Of a stretch of DNA of 53,673 nt, positions 8,559-16,401 are shown one piece after another; the stretch's first letter is position 1; each line of letters opens with the position of its first letter. The stretch is taken from the sequence record NC_079183. The stretch is one strand, 5' to 3'. The notes under the pieces were generated by a model that was not told the DNA's origin, did no database searches, and saw only the letters and a list, made by a program, of their open reading frames with translations. This DNA is from Escherichia phage vB_EcoM_SA91KD. Made by a program: the position numbers and the translations under genes.

Positions 8559-9455
8559 ATGGCAACTAACGTTATTGAAATACCTGCCAACTTGGTCAAA
8601 ACTGGCGACGTTGTAATTCATGAAGGTAAAGAGTATCTGATTGGGTATGTCTTCAGAATGGGTGTAGTTCAACTGCAATATTCTGGTGGATGTTTCAATT
8701 TTGAGTGGGACCAGGCAGTCAAAATCTTGGATAAACGTCCTACTACAGACTCCTTTGCAAAACCGGGCGCAACAACACGCGCAGTATTGGCAAGTCAAGT
8801 TCGACCCGGCAACACCTTATCTTATGGAATCAGGTTCTTTAAGATAAAGGAAGTTAAAGACCTGGGGGAAAGTGAGGTTCGCTTAATCCACGAAACAGGC
8901 TACTTTGACTTTTTACACAACCGCGTAGTCCATATTGTTAACGAGCCACCAGCTTTGGAAACTCCAACAATGGCATTCAACACCGAGATAAAGCCAGTGT
9001 TCCTTCCTTACGAGGGAGCAGTGAAACCATTCTCAGATGAAGAAGATGTTAAAGGTGCTGATGTTGAAGTTGGCGATGTTATCCGGTATAAAGGTGATTG
9101 GGCAACTGTCACAAATGCGTACAAACACCCAAATTCACCATACAATAAAATCAATATTAACTACGGCGACGTAAAAGGTTTGCAAGTACGTCTGATATTA
9201 ACTGGAACTTATTCGAGAAAGGTAAGAGCAGTAATGGAAACATTAAATATTCAAAATGCAATCGAAGCACAACGCATTCTTCTGCAAAAGCTGGAGCAAA
9301 TGTTGGAATTAACCCAGCTGCCTCCAACAGAAGATGGCAAGATGGCAATTGGCAATGCGTCAATTCGCGTGGACAAGGCAACAGTTATTAAAGCCGCACG
9401 CGATGAAATGAAAGCTGCCGCAAGCAAATCCGCAGAGCTTATCAAGAAGCTGTAA
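8559..9455 (+). CDS. Hypothetical early protein (about 298 aa)
   Basis: ATG 6 nt after gagg RBS (track ORF starts at GTG 8547); no recognisable motif. Confidence 0.55.
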   Translation: MATNVIEIPANLVKTGDVVIHEGKEYLIGYVFRMGVVQLQYSGGCFNFEWDQAVKILDKRPTTDSFAKPGATTRAVLASQVRPGNTLSYGIRFFKIKEVKDLGESEVRLIHETGYFDFLHNRVVHIVNEPPALETPTMAFNTEIKPVFLPYEGAVKPFSDEEDVKGADVEVGDVIRYKGDWATVTNAYKHPNSPYNKININYGDVKGLQVRLILTGTYSRKVRAVMETLNIQNAIEAQRILLQKLEQMLELTQLPPTEDGKMAIGNASIRVDKATVIKAARDEMKAAASKSAELIKKL

Positions 9456-9507
9456 TTAACAGAGGTCATTCCACTTCGAGTGGCCTCGATTAATTATAGG
9501 AGGAATT

Positions 9508-9717
9508 ATGGAAATACATATGTCTGGGGGTTTCTCCGGAGCAAAGATGCAAGGTGTAGTTTGTCCTGATTGCGGTCATGGTGGTGGCTCAAGCTATCCA
9601 TGTTGGTGCAGTAAATGTTACGACAAAGGTAGTAAAGTTTTAATGCTACCCTCTGTAAACAAATTCACTTATGTTTGCAGTTGGTCTGAATCTTTAAAAT
9701 TCCAACAGGGCAAGTAG
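9508..9717 (+). CDS. Cys-rich zinc-finger-like small protein (69 aa)
   Basis: CPDCG...CWCSKC...C pattern; taggagg RBS. Confidence 0.5.
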   Translation: MEIHMSGGFSGAKMQGVVCPDCGHGGGSSYPCWCSKCYDKGSKVLMLPSVNKFTYVCSWSESLKFQQGK

Positions 9718-9729
9718 TCTGGAGCATTC

Positions 9730-10080
9730 ATGAAAACTTTATACATTGCACTCACAATTTTGTTTGGGGTATTCGCATTCAAATCAGAAGCATCTGTTCG
9801 CAGCTTCCAGTGTGGCGGGTACAAAATGTCCGTTGAAACAATAACAATGAGCCAGCCACTCATTGCAACAATTTCTTTGCACGAGGGTACTTGGATTGAG
9901 ATTCCAGACAACGGAAATCCTAACCCAATGTCCACAGTGTTCTACAATACACAGAGCAGTAAGCTGGCCTTAGTTGGTGTTGACGCTGAGGAACGTTTGG
10001 TGCTACAGATTTATCGTGACATTGACTTCTTTCATGCCAAATTTCCATTGTTATCAACCTATTGTAAGGAAGTTAAATGA
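9730..10080 (+). CDS. Predicted secreted/periplasmic protein (116 aa)
   Basis: Signal-peptide-like N-terminus MKTLYIALTILFGVFAFKSEASV. Confidence 0.5.
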   Translation: MKTLYIALTILFGVFAFKSEASVRSFQCGGYKMSVETITMSQPLIATISLHEGTWIEIPDNGNPNPMSTVFYNTQSSKLALVGVDAEERLVLQIYRDIDFFHAKFPLLSTYCKEVK

Positions 10081-10310
10081 CGTCATCCGAATTTACCATT
10101 GATGGAGTACCATACTTACTTGAATCCAGTTGCGAATATCGTCACTGGTCAGTAATTCGCGACCGAGTAGTCAAATTCTTGGAGCGAGTAGGGAAAGATG
10201 CAGCTATTCTGACTACCGCCACAGTAGAAGGAACAACCGAAATCAATCGGGAGCTTGTATCTTTTAAATTAACCATCAACCCAACAGGAAATCCATTCCG
10301 TGAAAGTTGA
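10077..10310 (+). CDS. Hypothetical protein (77 aa)
   Basis: ORF in operon. Confidence 0.45.
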   Translation: MTSSEFTIDGVPYLLESSCEYRHWSVIRDRVVKFLERVGKDAAILTTATVEGTTEINRELVSFKLTINPTGNPFRES

Positions 10311-10569
10311 AGAACTGGCTGACCAACTTAAGGCAGCAAAACGAGAGTCTGCAAATCAATCAGAACGTGTTGCAAAACTGAAAGGGCAAGGCTCAACGTC
10401 CGAAGAAATCCAGTTATTTACAGATAATGTCTGGTTTTCAATGAATCGTGCACAATTTATCGAGATTCAGGAAGAACGTCTTACTGAACTGGAGAAGCGT
10501 GTAGAAACACTTGAGAGCTTGCTTGTAACACTGCAAGAAACTCTGGACCAGGAACTGAAAAATGTCTAA
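10300..10569 (+). CDS. Hypothetical coiled-coil protein (89 aa; start uncertain)
   Basis: Track ORF with GTG start overlapping the upstream stop. Confidence 0.4.
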   Translation: MKVEELADQLKAAKRESANQSERVAKLKGQGSTSEEIQLFTDNVWFSMNRAQFIEIQEERLTELEKRVETLESLLVTLQETLDQELKNV

Positions 10570-10978
10570 CGTTAAGCTGGGCCAACGCTCCCTTGACCGA
10601 CTCAAAGGTGTAAATCCTTCATTGGTGGCAGTTTTCAAGCGTGCATGTGAAACAATGCCGTTTGACGTAACTGTTCTTGAAGGATTGCGCACTTATGAGC
10701 GTCAACAAGAGCTTTTAAAGCAAGGTGCAACCAAAGTTCCAGTTAGCCGACACATGTCAGGCAACGCTTTAGATATTGCACCATATCCAATTGACTGGAA
10801 TGACCTCGAACGATTCAAAGTTTTAGCTCATCATATGTTCAAAGCTGCAAAAGAGCTTGGAATTACCATTCGTTGGGGTGGGAACTGGAGCCGTATTGAT
10901 GAAAATCAGCCGTATCCACCACTTGCACCAGGTAAGAAGAAGCTGATTGATATGCCGCACTTCGAACTTCCAGCATAA
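10562..10978 (+). CDS. Peptidase M15 (L-alanyl-D-glutamate peptidase type, T5-endolysin-like), 138 aa
   Basis: Zinc-site motifs SRHMSGNALDI and DMPHFE; region DIAPYPIDWNDLERF...KELGITIRWGGNW resembles the phage T5 endolysin (recalled from memory). Confidence 0.7.
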   Translation: MSNVKLGQRSLDRLKGVNPSLVAVFKRACETMPFDVTVLEGLRTYERQQELLKQGATKVPVSRHMSGNALDIAPYPIDWNDLERFKVLAHHMFKAAKELGITIRWGGNWSRIDENQPYPPLAPGKKKLIDMPHFELPA

Positions 10979-10986
10979 CTTCATCA

Positions 10987-11277
10987 ATGGAGCATCCGAT
11001 GAATTACGAAGATATCCCAAGAGAGTTGAATGCACTAGAGGCAAGGACCAGACGTGCAGAATCTGTTCTCCACCAGCACCTGTCACTTAATGTAAGTGAT
11101 GAAAAAAGGATGCGGTATACTTTGGAACTTGACGAAGTGGTTTATACTGTCAGCTACAACGAGAAGGCCGCTATTCTAAGTGCGCTTGTCAAAAGCGGAG
11201 AGGAGCGAATCAATCAGCTTAAAATTCTGGACACAGAATTGAAAGGTACTTGGGAGAAACTCAATGCAAAACGATAA
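10987..11277 (+). CDS. Hypothetical protein (92-96 aa)
   Basis: Likely ATG near 10999 after ggagcatccg RBS. Confidence 0.5.
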   Translation: MEHPMNYEDIPRELNALEARTRRAESVLHQHLSLNVSDEKRMRYTLELDEVVYTVSYNEKAAILSALVKSGEERINQLKILDTELKGTWEKLNAKR

Positions 11278-11812
11278 CATCGCTAAAGCAGTAGAACAGC
11301 TAAAGTCCTGGCGTAGAGATGAAACCTTACTGGTTCGTTTCTACACAGGCGAAACTAATTCTGAATTTGTAGATGCGTGGATTGATGGCCTATCTTGGCG
11401 TCACTATGATTTCGACATGCGAGATTATTTGCATGAAGAATACGGCATTGAATATCCAGAAGACGGCACATATGACGTAATTGAATCAAACGAAGAAGAT
11501 GTTACCGAAGTTTGTTTTGTTGACGGACTGTTCAGCATTCGTAAGTATGATAAGTTCAATGAGCTGCTTGTTGACACCGATTTGGATGTAATTCTTGCAG
11601 CATTCCGTAGTGGTGATATTGATATTTTCACTGTGGATGACTTGAACGACAAGGTTATTGCCCGATGTGATTCAATTGCGGAATATTTCCAACAATATGA
11701 TGGCATAGAAGTTCCAGACCACCTTCGTCCATATATTGATTGGGATGCAGTTGTAAGAGATTACGGAAGTGATTACACTTTCTCCGAAGGAATACTATTC
11801 TCAAATGCGTGA
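11264..11812 (+). CDS. Highly acidic protein, ArdA-like antirestriction (DNA-mimic) candidate, 182 aa
   Basis: About a quarter Asp/Glu; C-terminal EVPDHLRPYIDWDAVVRDYGSDYTFSEGILF resembles the conserved ArdA C-terminus as I recall it. Confidence 0.5.
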   Translation: MQNDNIAKAVEQLKSWRRDETLLVRFYTGETNSEFVDAWIDGLSWRHYDFDMRDYLHEEYGIEYPEDGTYDVIESNEEDVTEVCFVDGLFSIRKYDKFNELLVDTDLDVILAAFRSGDIDIFTVDDLNDKVIARCDSIAEYFQQYDGIEVPDHLRPYIDWDAVVRDYGSDYTFSEGILFSNA

Positions 11813-12044
11813 TTTAAATATTGCTGAACTTGAGGCTGGATTGATTGTTCACCACCAGACTCGAAACACTTTCTATCGTATTCTTGGACCCACAAAGATT
11901 AAAACTCACTGCGGAAGTTGGGTGGATGGGTTTGCTTACCAAGAGGTGAAGAAGTACGGGGACCATACTTTCTTAAGCATTGATTCTTCTACTATCTACA
12001 CACGACCGAAAGAGCTATTTGACTCGGATTGGAAAACACTGTAG
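11769..12044 (+). CDS. Hypothetical protein (79-91 aa; start GTG 11769 or ATG 11805)
   Basis: ORF overlapping the end of the acidic gene. Confidence 0.4.
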   Translation: MITLSPKEYYSQMRDLNIAELEAGLIVHHQTRNTFYRILGPTKIKTHCGSWVDGFAYQEVKKYGDHTFLSIDSSTIYTRPKELFDSDWKTL

Positions 12045-12110
12045 TTCCAGGCGGGTTTCTTCGAAGTGCCAAGCGGGTTTTGTACTCGCATTGGCCTTCT
12101 GCTTTAGTCT

Positions 12111-12130
12111 GAAACATTAGTGGGATTTGA
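12111..12130 (+). promoter_or_regulatory. Promoter-like box variant (gaaACATTAGTgGGATtTGA)
   Basis: First of three tandem copies in a non-coding kilobase. Confidence 0.4.
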
Positions 12131-12254
12131 TTCTGACCACTTAGGGAAGAAAGGCATTATACACTTATCGCCAAATGGGTGTCAAGCACTTTCTTCATTT
12201 ATTTTAATTTATTCTTATTATTCTCTTTGTTTGGAATATTGGAATAATTCTGAA

Positions 12255-12271
12255 ACATTAGTTGGAATTGA
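12255..12271 (+). promoter_or_regulatory. Promoter-like box (tctgaaACATTAGTTGGAaTTGA)
   Basis: Second tandem copy; shares the tctgaaac prefix with the 12111 and 14552 copies. Confidence 0.4.
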
Positions 12272-12391
12272 ATTAGTGTAATTCTGTCTGTACTCTTTTC
12301 CATTAGCAATTGTAGAGGGAGTCCACTGCAATAAGCGCAGCCTCAAACAACCAAGTCTGGACAACTTGGGAAGAGAGTGCAGCACAAAATT

Positions 12392-12408
12392 ACATTAGTT
12401 GGAGTTGA
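12392..12408 (+). promoter_or_regulatory. Promoter-like box (tACATTAGTTGGAgTTGA)
   Basis: Third tandem copy. Confidence 0.4.
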
Positions 12409-12690
12409 AGAAACAACATCAGATAATAACTTTGTAACTCGGTAGACCGTTGCGGCCGCATCGTGCGAGAATGTTCGACTCATTCTACAAAGTTATTTTC
12501 GATGGAATGTTTCCATCATATACATTTATCTTTTAACATAGGCCAAAGGGCCGGAATACTTATTCGCAGAAAAGCTATTCACTTGTTATAGGCGATGTAT
12601 TGGGATGAATTGGAACTAAATAAGCAAGCTGTTAGGGCTGAATAATTAGAGGGTTATGCCTCATGCTTATGTTAGTCATTCGAAAATAGG

Positions 12691-13024
12691 TTTGTGCCAC
12701 AAGCCGCTGGTGCTCTGAGGGAGTCGGACAAACAGGGCTTAGAGTGGCATAATCCGCACAAAACCGCGCCACCAGCTATGCCAAAGCGGGTGGTTTGGGT
12801 GAATGTATTGGGAAGGGTTGCAAAGCCTCTGTGGCCTCCGCAGCTTGCCAGGCTGCTATGCAGATATGATGCGTAGGTCGCACCCTAACGGGAGTAACCC
12901 TTCGCCAATGCAGTTATCCAGAATTGACACAAACGGTAGGCAGCGGCCCGATTTTCGGCCTTCCTGCGCTACTCTGTGGCCTGTTCCTGGGCCAAAAGAT
13001 GAGAAGAGAAGTCACAAACACTGA
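12691..13024 (+). ncRNA. GC-rich non-coding island; candidate structured RNA or small inserted element
   Basis: Visibly GC-richer than flanks; track ORFs here translate to Pro/Arg/Trp-rich nonsense; internal repeat ctctgtggcct twice; flanked by imperfect direct repeats (attcgaaaatagg / aatcgaaaattgg). Confidence 0.3.
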
Positions 13025-13045
13025 ATCGAAAATTGGAGAGTTCCT

Positions 13046-13255
13046 ATGGTTCAAAAATATGGCGTAATTAATCACGAAAACTTTCAGTTTAAGGGATACA
13101 CAATTGAAGAATTGTTAGAACTTATTGAAGGCTGGGAGATGAATGCGGAAGCAATAGGCAGTGACCTTGGTGATATGACTGGTGACTTAGCTATTGGCCC
13201 CAAAATTATGCGCGACTTGATTGCCAAAATTAAGGAGTTGCAAAATGGTTCGTAA
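13046..13255 (+). CDS. Hypothetical protein (69 aa)
   Basis: ggagag RBS then ATG. Confidence 0.55.
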   Translation: MVQKYGVINHENFQFKGYTIEELLELIEGWEMNAEAIGSDLGDMTGDLAIGPKIMRDLIAKIKELQNGS

Positions 13256-13565
13256 GCATTCTGCTAAAGTTTTGACGTTAAGAAATGTACTAATGTTTCC
13301 GTCAAGTGGGGAAGGAGAGGAAGAAACAATCCACTTCGTTCTCGTTGGTGGGCGTTGGTATTACAACGGGACCAATAACTTCACCGTAGGAATTTCGGAG
13401 AAAGACGGGTTCTGGAAGCACACTTTCAAAGACATACTCGAAAGCAGTGCTAAATACACCCTTACAGAAATTAAGAAATATTTCTACTACGGCCCAAACA
13501 AGTCCATGCAAATCGCAACCCGCGAATGGACAACAAACCAACCAGTTTACGGAGTTCCATTTTGA
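13245..13565 (+). CDS. Hypothetical protein (about 106 aa)
   Basis: ATG 7 nt after aaggag RBS; track ORF starts at an upstream alternative (13221). Confidence 0.55.
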   Translation: MVRKHSAKVLTLRNVLMFPSSGEGEEETIHFVLVGGRWYYNGTNNFTVGISEKDGFWKHTFKDILESSAKYTLTEIKKYFYYGPNKSMQIATREWTTNQPVYGVPF

Positions 13566-13852
13566 ACTTACAAGACAAATCTAAAGAAGAGTTGATTGAG
13601 ATTATCCAGAAAGAGCACGAACTCGCTGGCATCACAATTAACTTTGAACTCCAGGCAATGCAAGCTGTTGCTTTGGGTCATGGTCTAATGGCTACACTCA
13701 TTCATGCCAAGAATGTGTTAGGCGTTGACAACGAAAAATACCAAATTCTGGAGAAAGCTGCGCAAGAGCGGATTTCGCAGTGCTTGGTGACATTAGTTGA
13801 TTTGGGAATCGACGCAGAAACTGCGAACAAACGTATCCTACAAGGCCACTAA
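13526..13852 (+). CDS. Hypothetical protein (96-108 aa; start ATG 13526 or TTG 13562)
   Basis: Track ORF; a promoter-like box (gACATTAGTTGAttTGgg, 13788-13805) lies inside its 3' end. Confidence 0.45.
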   Translation: MDNKPTSLRSSILNLQDKSKEELIEIIQKEHELAGITINFELQAMQAVALGHGLMATLIHAKNVLGVDNEKYQILEKAAQERISQCLVTLVDLGIDAETANKRILQGH

Positions 13853-13853
13853 A

Positions 13854-14528
13854 ATGTCTTATCATGATGATGACAAAGAGATTGCACTATCAACGTGTAA
13901 GCAATGGCTCAATGATAATGATGCCGTCTATCTTGCCAAGGAAGATGTTATCATTATGTGGGTCCATTTTAATCCAGAATCGAAGCGCGGTGAGTGGCAA
14001 CGCTACAAGATGAAAGAGGCTTGTCGCATAATTAAAGCCACACGCGCTGGCTTCTCTGCTATGAAATACATCAAGCCAGAGATGCTGATGCTTGCTGCAC
14101 AGGAAGAAGAACGTGCATATAAGCAAGCTGTTAAATCTCGTTCAACTGTTCCTCCAGAGTTCTTTAATTTGGAGCGCGCTGGACACTTCAACAATTTAGA
14201 AATGTTGACACTGTGCCTGTTGCAAGAATTAGTTGGAAGAGGACAAAACATTGAAGCTGTTTGTCTTGGAGAACTCATGAAAGAGTTGTTCTCGGCAAAG
14301 GGCTTTGCTGTGCCAAACCGGACTTTACGCTGGAAATTGTTGCGAGCAGTCGCGCAAGAAGCTGGTGTAGTTGTTCGTGACAGAACAAACCGATTCACTG
14401 TAACTGGAGTTGGGCGTTTTGTAGCAATCCAGATTGAGGGTTATGACGAATCAATCATCACTGAACTCACTGTCGCTGAGACAAAGGATTTAGTAAACAA
14501 AACACTAGAACGATTCAATAGATATTGA
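13854..14528 (+). CDS. Hypothetical protein (224 aa)
   Basis: ATG 2 nt after the upstream stop (track ORF starts at TTG 13797); no recognisable motif. Confidence 0.55.
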   Translation: MSYHDDDKEIALSTCKQWLNDNDAVYLAKEDVIIMWVHFNPESKRGEWQRYKMKEACRIIKATRAGFSAMKYIKPEMLMLAAQEEERAYKQAVKSRSTVPPEFFNLERAGHFNNLEMLTLCLLQELVGRGQNIEAVCLGELMKELFSAKGFAVPNRTLRWKLLRAVAQEAGVVVRDRTNRFTVTGVGRFVAIQIEGYDESIITELTVAETKDLVNKTLERFNRY

Positions 14529-14557
14529 GTCGTTTGACGAATCAGAGCAGTTCTGAA

Positions 14558-14575
14558 ACATTAGTTGGATGTGGA
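14558..14575 (+). promoter_or_regulatory. Promoter-like box (tctgaaACATTAGTTGGATGTGgA)
   Basis: Near-exact consensus about 80 nt upstream of the 14652 gene. Confidence 0.45.
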
Positions 14576-14651
14576 AAGAGAAAGGCTCTTTAATTTTATC
14601 TAAGTCACGTCACCGTGGCGTGCAAAACTATTCAATATAAGGTATATACAA

Positions 14652-14990
14652 ATGGCTAAGATTGTAACCGTAACTCAGTACGAAGCTAACGATGGTTCCC
14701 TGTTCCTGACCGAAGCAGAGTGTAATGCACATGACTTCAAACTGGAAAACGGTGCTAAAATTGAGAAAGCTGCCGAAGCGTACCTGAACACCGTTGGCGC
14801 TATCGACCGTTCTCGCTCCATGCAGAAGAACACCATCGAGCAGTTCCTGGCATTCTACCTGCCGTGGGTTGAAGCTGGTGAGCCGGAAGTTGAGCGTACT
14901 AAGTTCGATACTCCGAAAGAAGCTAAAGTTGCTGACGCAAGTGTTGCCGAAGCTGCCGAAGCTGCTGTTGAAGAAGCTCCGGTATTCTAA
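14652..14990 (+). CDS. Acidic small protein, apparently highly expressed (112 aa)
   Basis: aagg RBS; strongly biased codon choice (ctg, ccg, cgt, ggt, ttc, aac) like the capsid and SSB genes; acidic Ala/Glu-rich C-terminus ending EEAPVF. Confidence 0.6.
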   Translation: MAKIVTVTQYEANDGSLFLTEAECNAHDFKLENGAKIEKAAEAYLNTVGAIDRSRSMQKNTIEQFLAFYLPWVEAGEPEVERTKFDTPKEAKVADASVAEAAEAAVEEAPVF

Positions 14991-15129
14991 GTTGCCGATG
15001 GCAAACTTGAGAGACTAAGCTAAATCGATCTGGCATGCACTGGAAGATTTCCGGTGCTGCCTTGAATCCCATTCCAGAGTGAGTGGGCTTCAATGAGCAT
15101 TCTTGTGATTAGAGTTGGGAGGTAGGCCG

Positions 15130-15336
15130 ATGCCCAAGCTCATGGCCCAGACAAGAGTGTTCATTGAAGTTACTTCAATATGGATTGTCGCCAAGTTGTG
15201 GAAGGACGTGCACACAGATTTAACGAAGAAAAGTAACAGCCTGAGAACTGTGAAAATTTCCCGTTATGTCGTGGGGAAGTGCACCATAACTTGGGTTCTT
15301 CACGTAGATATTACTCAAATATTTGCGGCTCGCTGA
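15130..15336 (+). CDS. Possible small protein (about 68 aa)
   Basis: Strong gggagg RBS 7 nt before ATG; odd composition, could be non-coding. Confidence 0.3.
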   Translation: MPKLMAQTRVFIEVTSIWIVAKLWKDVHTDLTKKSNSLRTVKISRYVVGKCTITWVLHVDITQIFAAR

Positions 15337-15878
15337 ATGTGAGCATCCATATTGAAGTAGTTTTCTGAGTCTTACGACGGGCCTAAACTGCCTGAAGTTA
15401 TTGCGACTGTTTTATTCATTTAAAATAAATGCAAATGATTCTGAAATGCGAGTTGCGGCTTAATTAAATTTAAGTCCTCTCCGTGGTCTTCCAATCCCAC
15501 GTAACCAAATTTGGCGCATTGTGGCTTCGAGATGTGATTAATAAATCGGAGCATTAATTAATTTGTATTCTGCGATGTAATGCAGACTTAAGTCCCTCAG
15601 TGCGCGTAGGGATGTGACAGAGTACAAACTTAATTCATTTAAAGTGAATTGCCCTGAGCATGGAAATAAACTGCTCAAACCGATGGTATCTACAAAGGTA
15701 GATTAAATCAGGTTGCCTGTTGGTACTTGGGTTCAACACCTGCTTGCACTCGCAAAGTAGTGCCTCGTACCTGAGATGAAGTGAGTCGGGACCATCAATC
15801 CCACGTTATGTCAAAACACAGTAGGCGACTCACGGATTCTACAAGCCTCGCAGTTCGGGAAAACCTGCGTTATCAAAA

Positions 15879-15888
15879 CCCCCCCCCC
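15879..15888. repeat. C10 homopolymer tract
   Basis: Read directly, 8 nt upstream of the tRNA-like element. Confidence 0.85.
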
Positions 15889-15895
15889 ATTATTT

Positions 15896-15982
15896 GGACG
15901 AGTAGCTCAGAAGGTCTGCTCCAGAGCTGGTAGAGCAATCTGTTCGACAGATGTGTCGTTGGTTCGAATCCAACCTCGTCCA
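15896..15982 (+). tRNA. tRNA-like element with atypical internal structure (possible pseudo-tRNA or non-canonical tRNA)
   Basis: Canonical 7-bp acceptor stem (GGACGAG / CTCGTCC) and T-arm (GTTGG-TTCGAAT-CCAAC) with discriminator A; the 55 nt between them cannot be folded by eye into standard D and anticodon arms. Anticodon not assignable. Confidence 0.35.
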
Positions 15983-16015
15983 CCCACTTTAATAATTCGC
16001 AATACTGGAGTCCTT

Positions 16016-16156
16016 ATGGATTTTGATGCACTTGATAACTTAGACTTCGGTGCTGCCGAAGAAGCAATTGAAGAACTTAAGAAGAAGCAGGACGAAGAAG
16101 CAATCGTTCCTGGTGAGGGCGATAACGACTGCTCAAGCGGTGCTTGCGCCATCTAA
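16016..16156 (+). CDS. Small acidic peptide with Cys/Ser-rich C-terminus (46 aa)
   Basis: ATG after ggag RBS; acidic N-terminal part then ...CSSGACAI-stop. Confidence 0.35.
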   Translation: MDFDALDNLDFGAAEEAIEELKKKQDEEAIVPGEGDNDCSSGACAI

Positions 16157-16164
16157 GGTGATTT

Positions 16165-16401
16165 ATGCAACAGCTTAAATCAATAATTCTTGGCGTCCTG
16201 ACTGCATTTGGCATTATCATTGCAGTGTTCCTCAAAGGCAAAAGCTCAGGCAAAGCCGAGGAGCGTCAGGAAGCCACAGAGAAGCAACTAGATTCATTAA
16301 AAGAATCTATCGAGATTAAGTCGCATGTTCAGAAAGAAGTGTCTAGCAGTTCTGATAGCAATGTCGATAGTGAGTTGCTCTCAAAGTGGGTTCGTAAGTG
16401 A
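16165..16401 (+). CDS. Membrane protein with N-terminal TM helix and charged helical periplasmic domain; i-spanin-like (78 aa)
   Basis: TM segment IILGVLTAFGIIIAVFL; aaggtg RBS; the next gene overlaps out of frame. Confidence 0.45.
   Translation: MQQLKSIILGVLTAFGIIIAVFLKGKSSGKAEERQEATEKQLDSLKESIEIKSHVQKEVSSSSDSNVDSELLSKWVRK

Noticed and set aside
8450-8569. 39-aa Cys-containing ORF (MKILCFIGLHNWEISHENDYVTFWVCKHCSAM…) with a ggag RBS
   Set aside because: Too short and overlaps the RBS and start of the 8559 gene; cannot be supported without expression data.
12694-13024. Two overlapping + strand ORFs (12694-12876, 12803-13024) in the GC-rich island
   Set aside because: Translations are Pro/Arg/Trp-rich and mutually overlapping in different frames; the island is better explained as non-coding.
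15896-15982. Calling the element a canonical tRNA with an assigned anticodon
   Set aside because: Acceptor stem and T-arm are canonical, but no 5-bp/7-nt anticodon arm or normal D-arm can be drawn, so isotype and function are not claimed.
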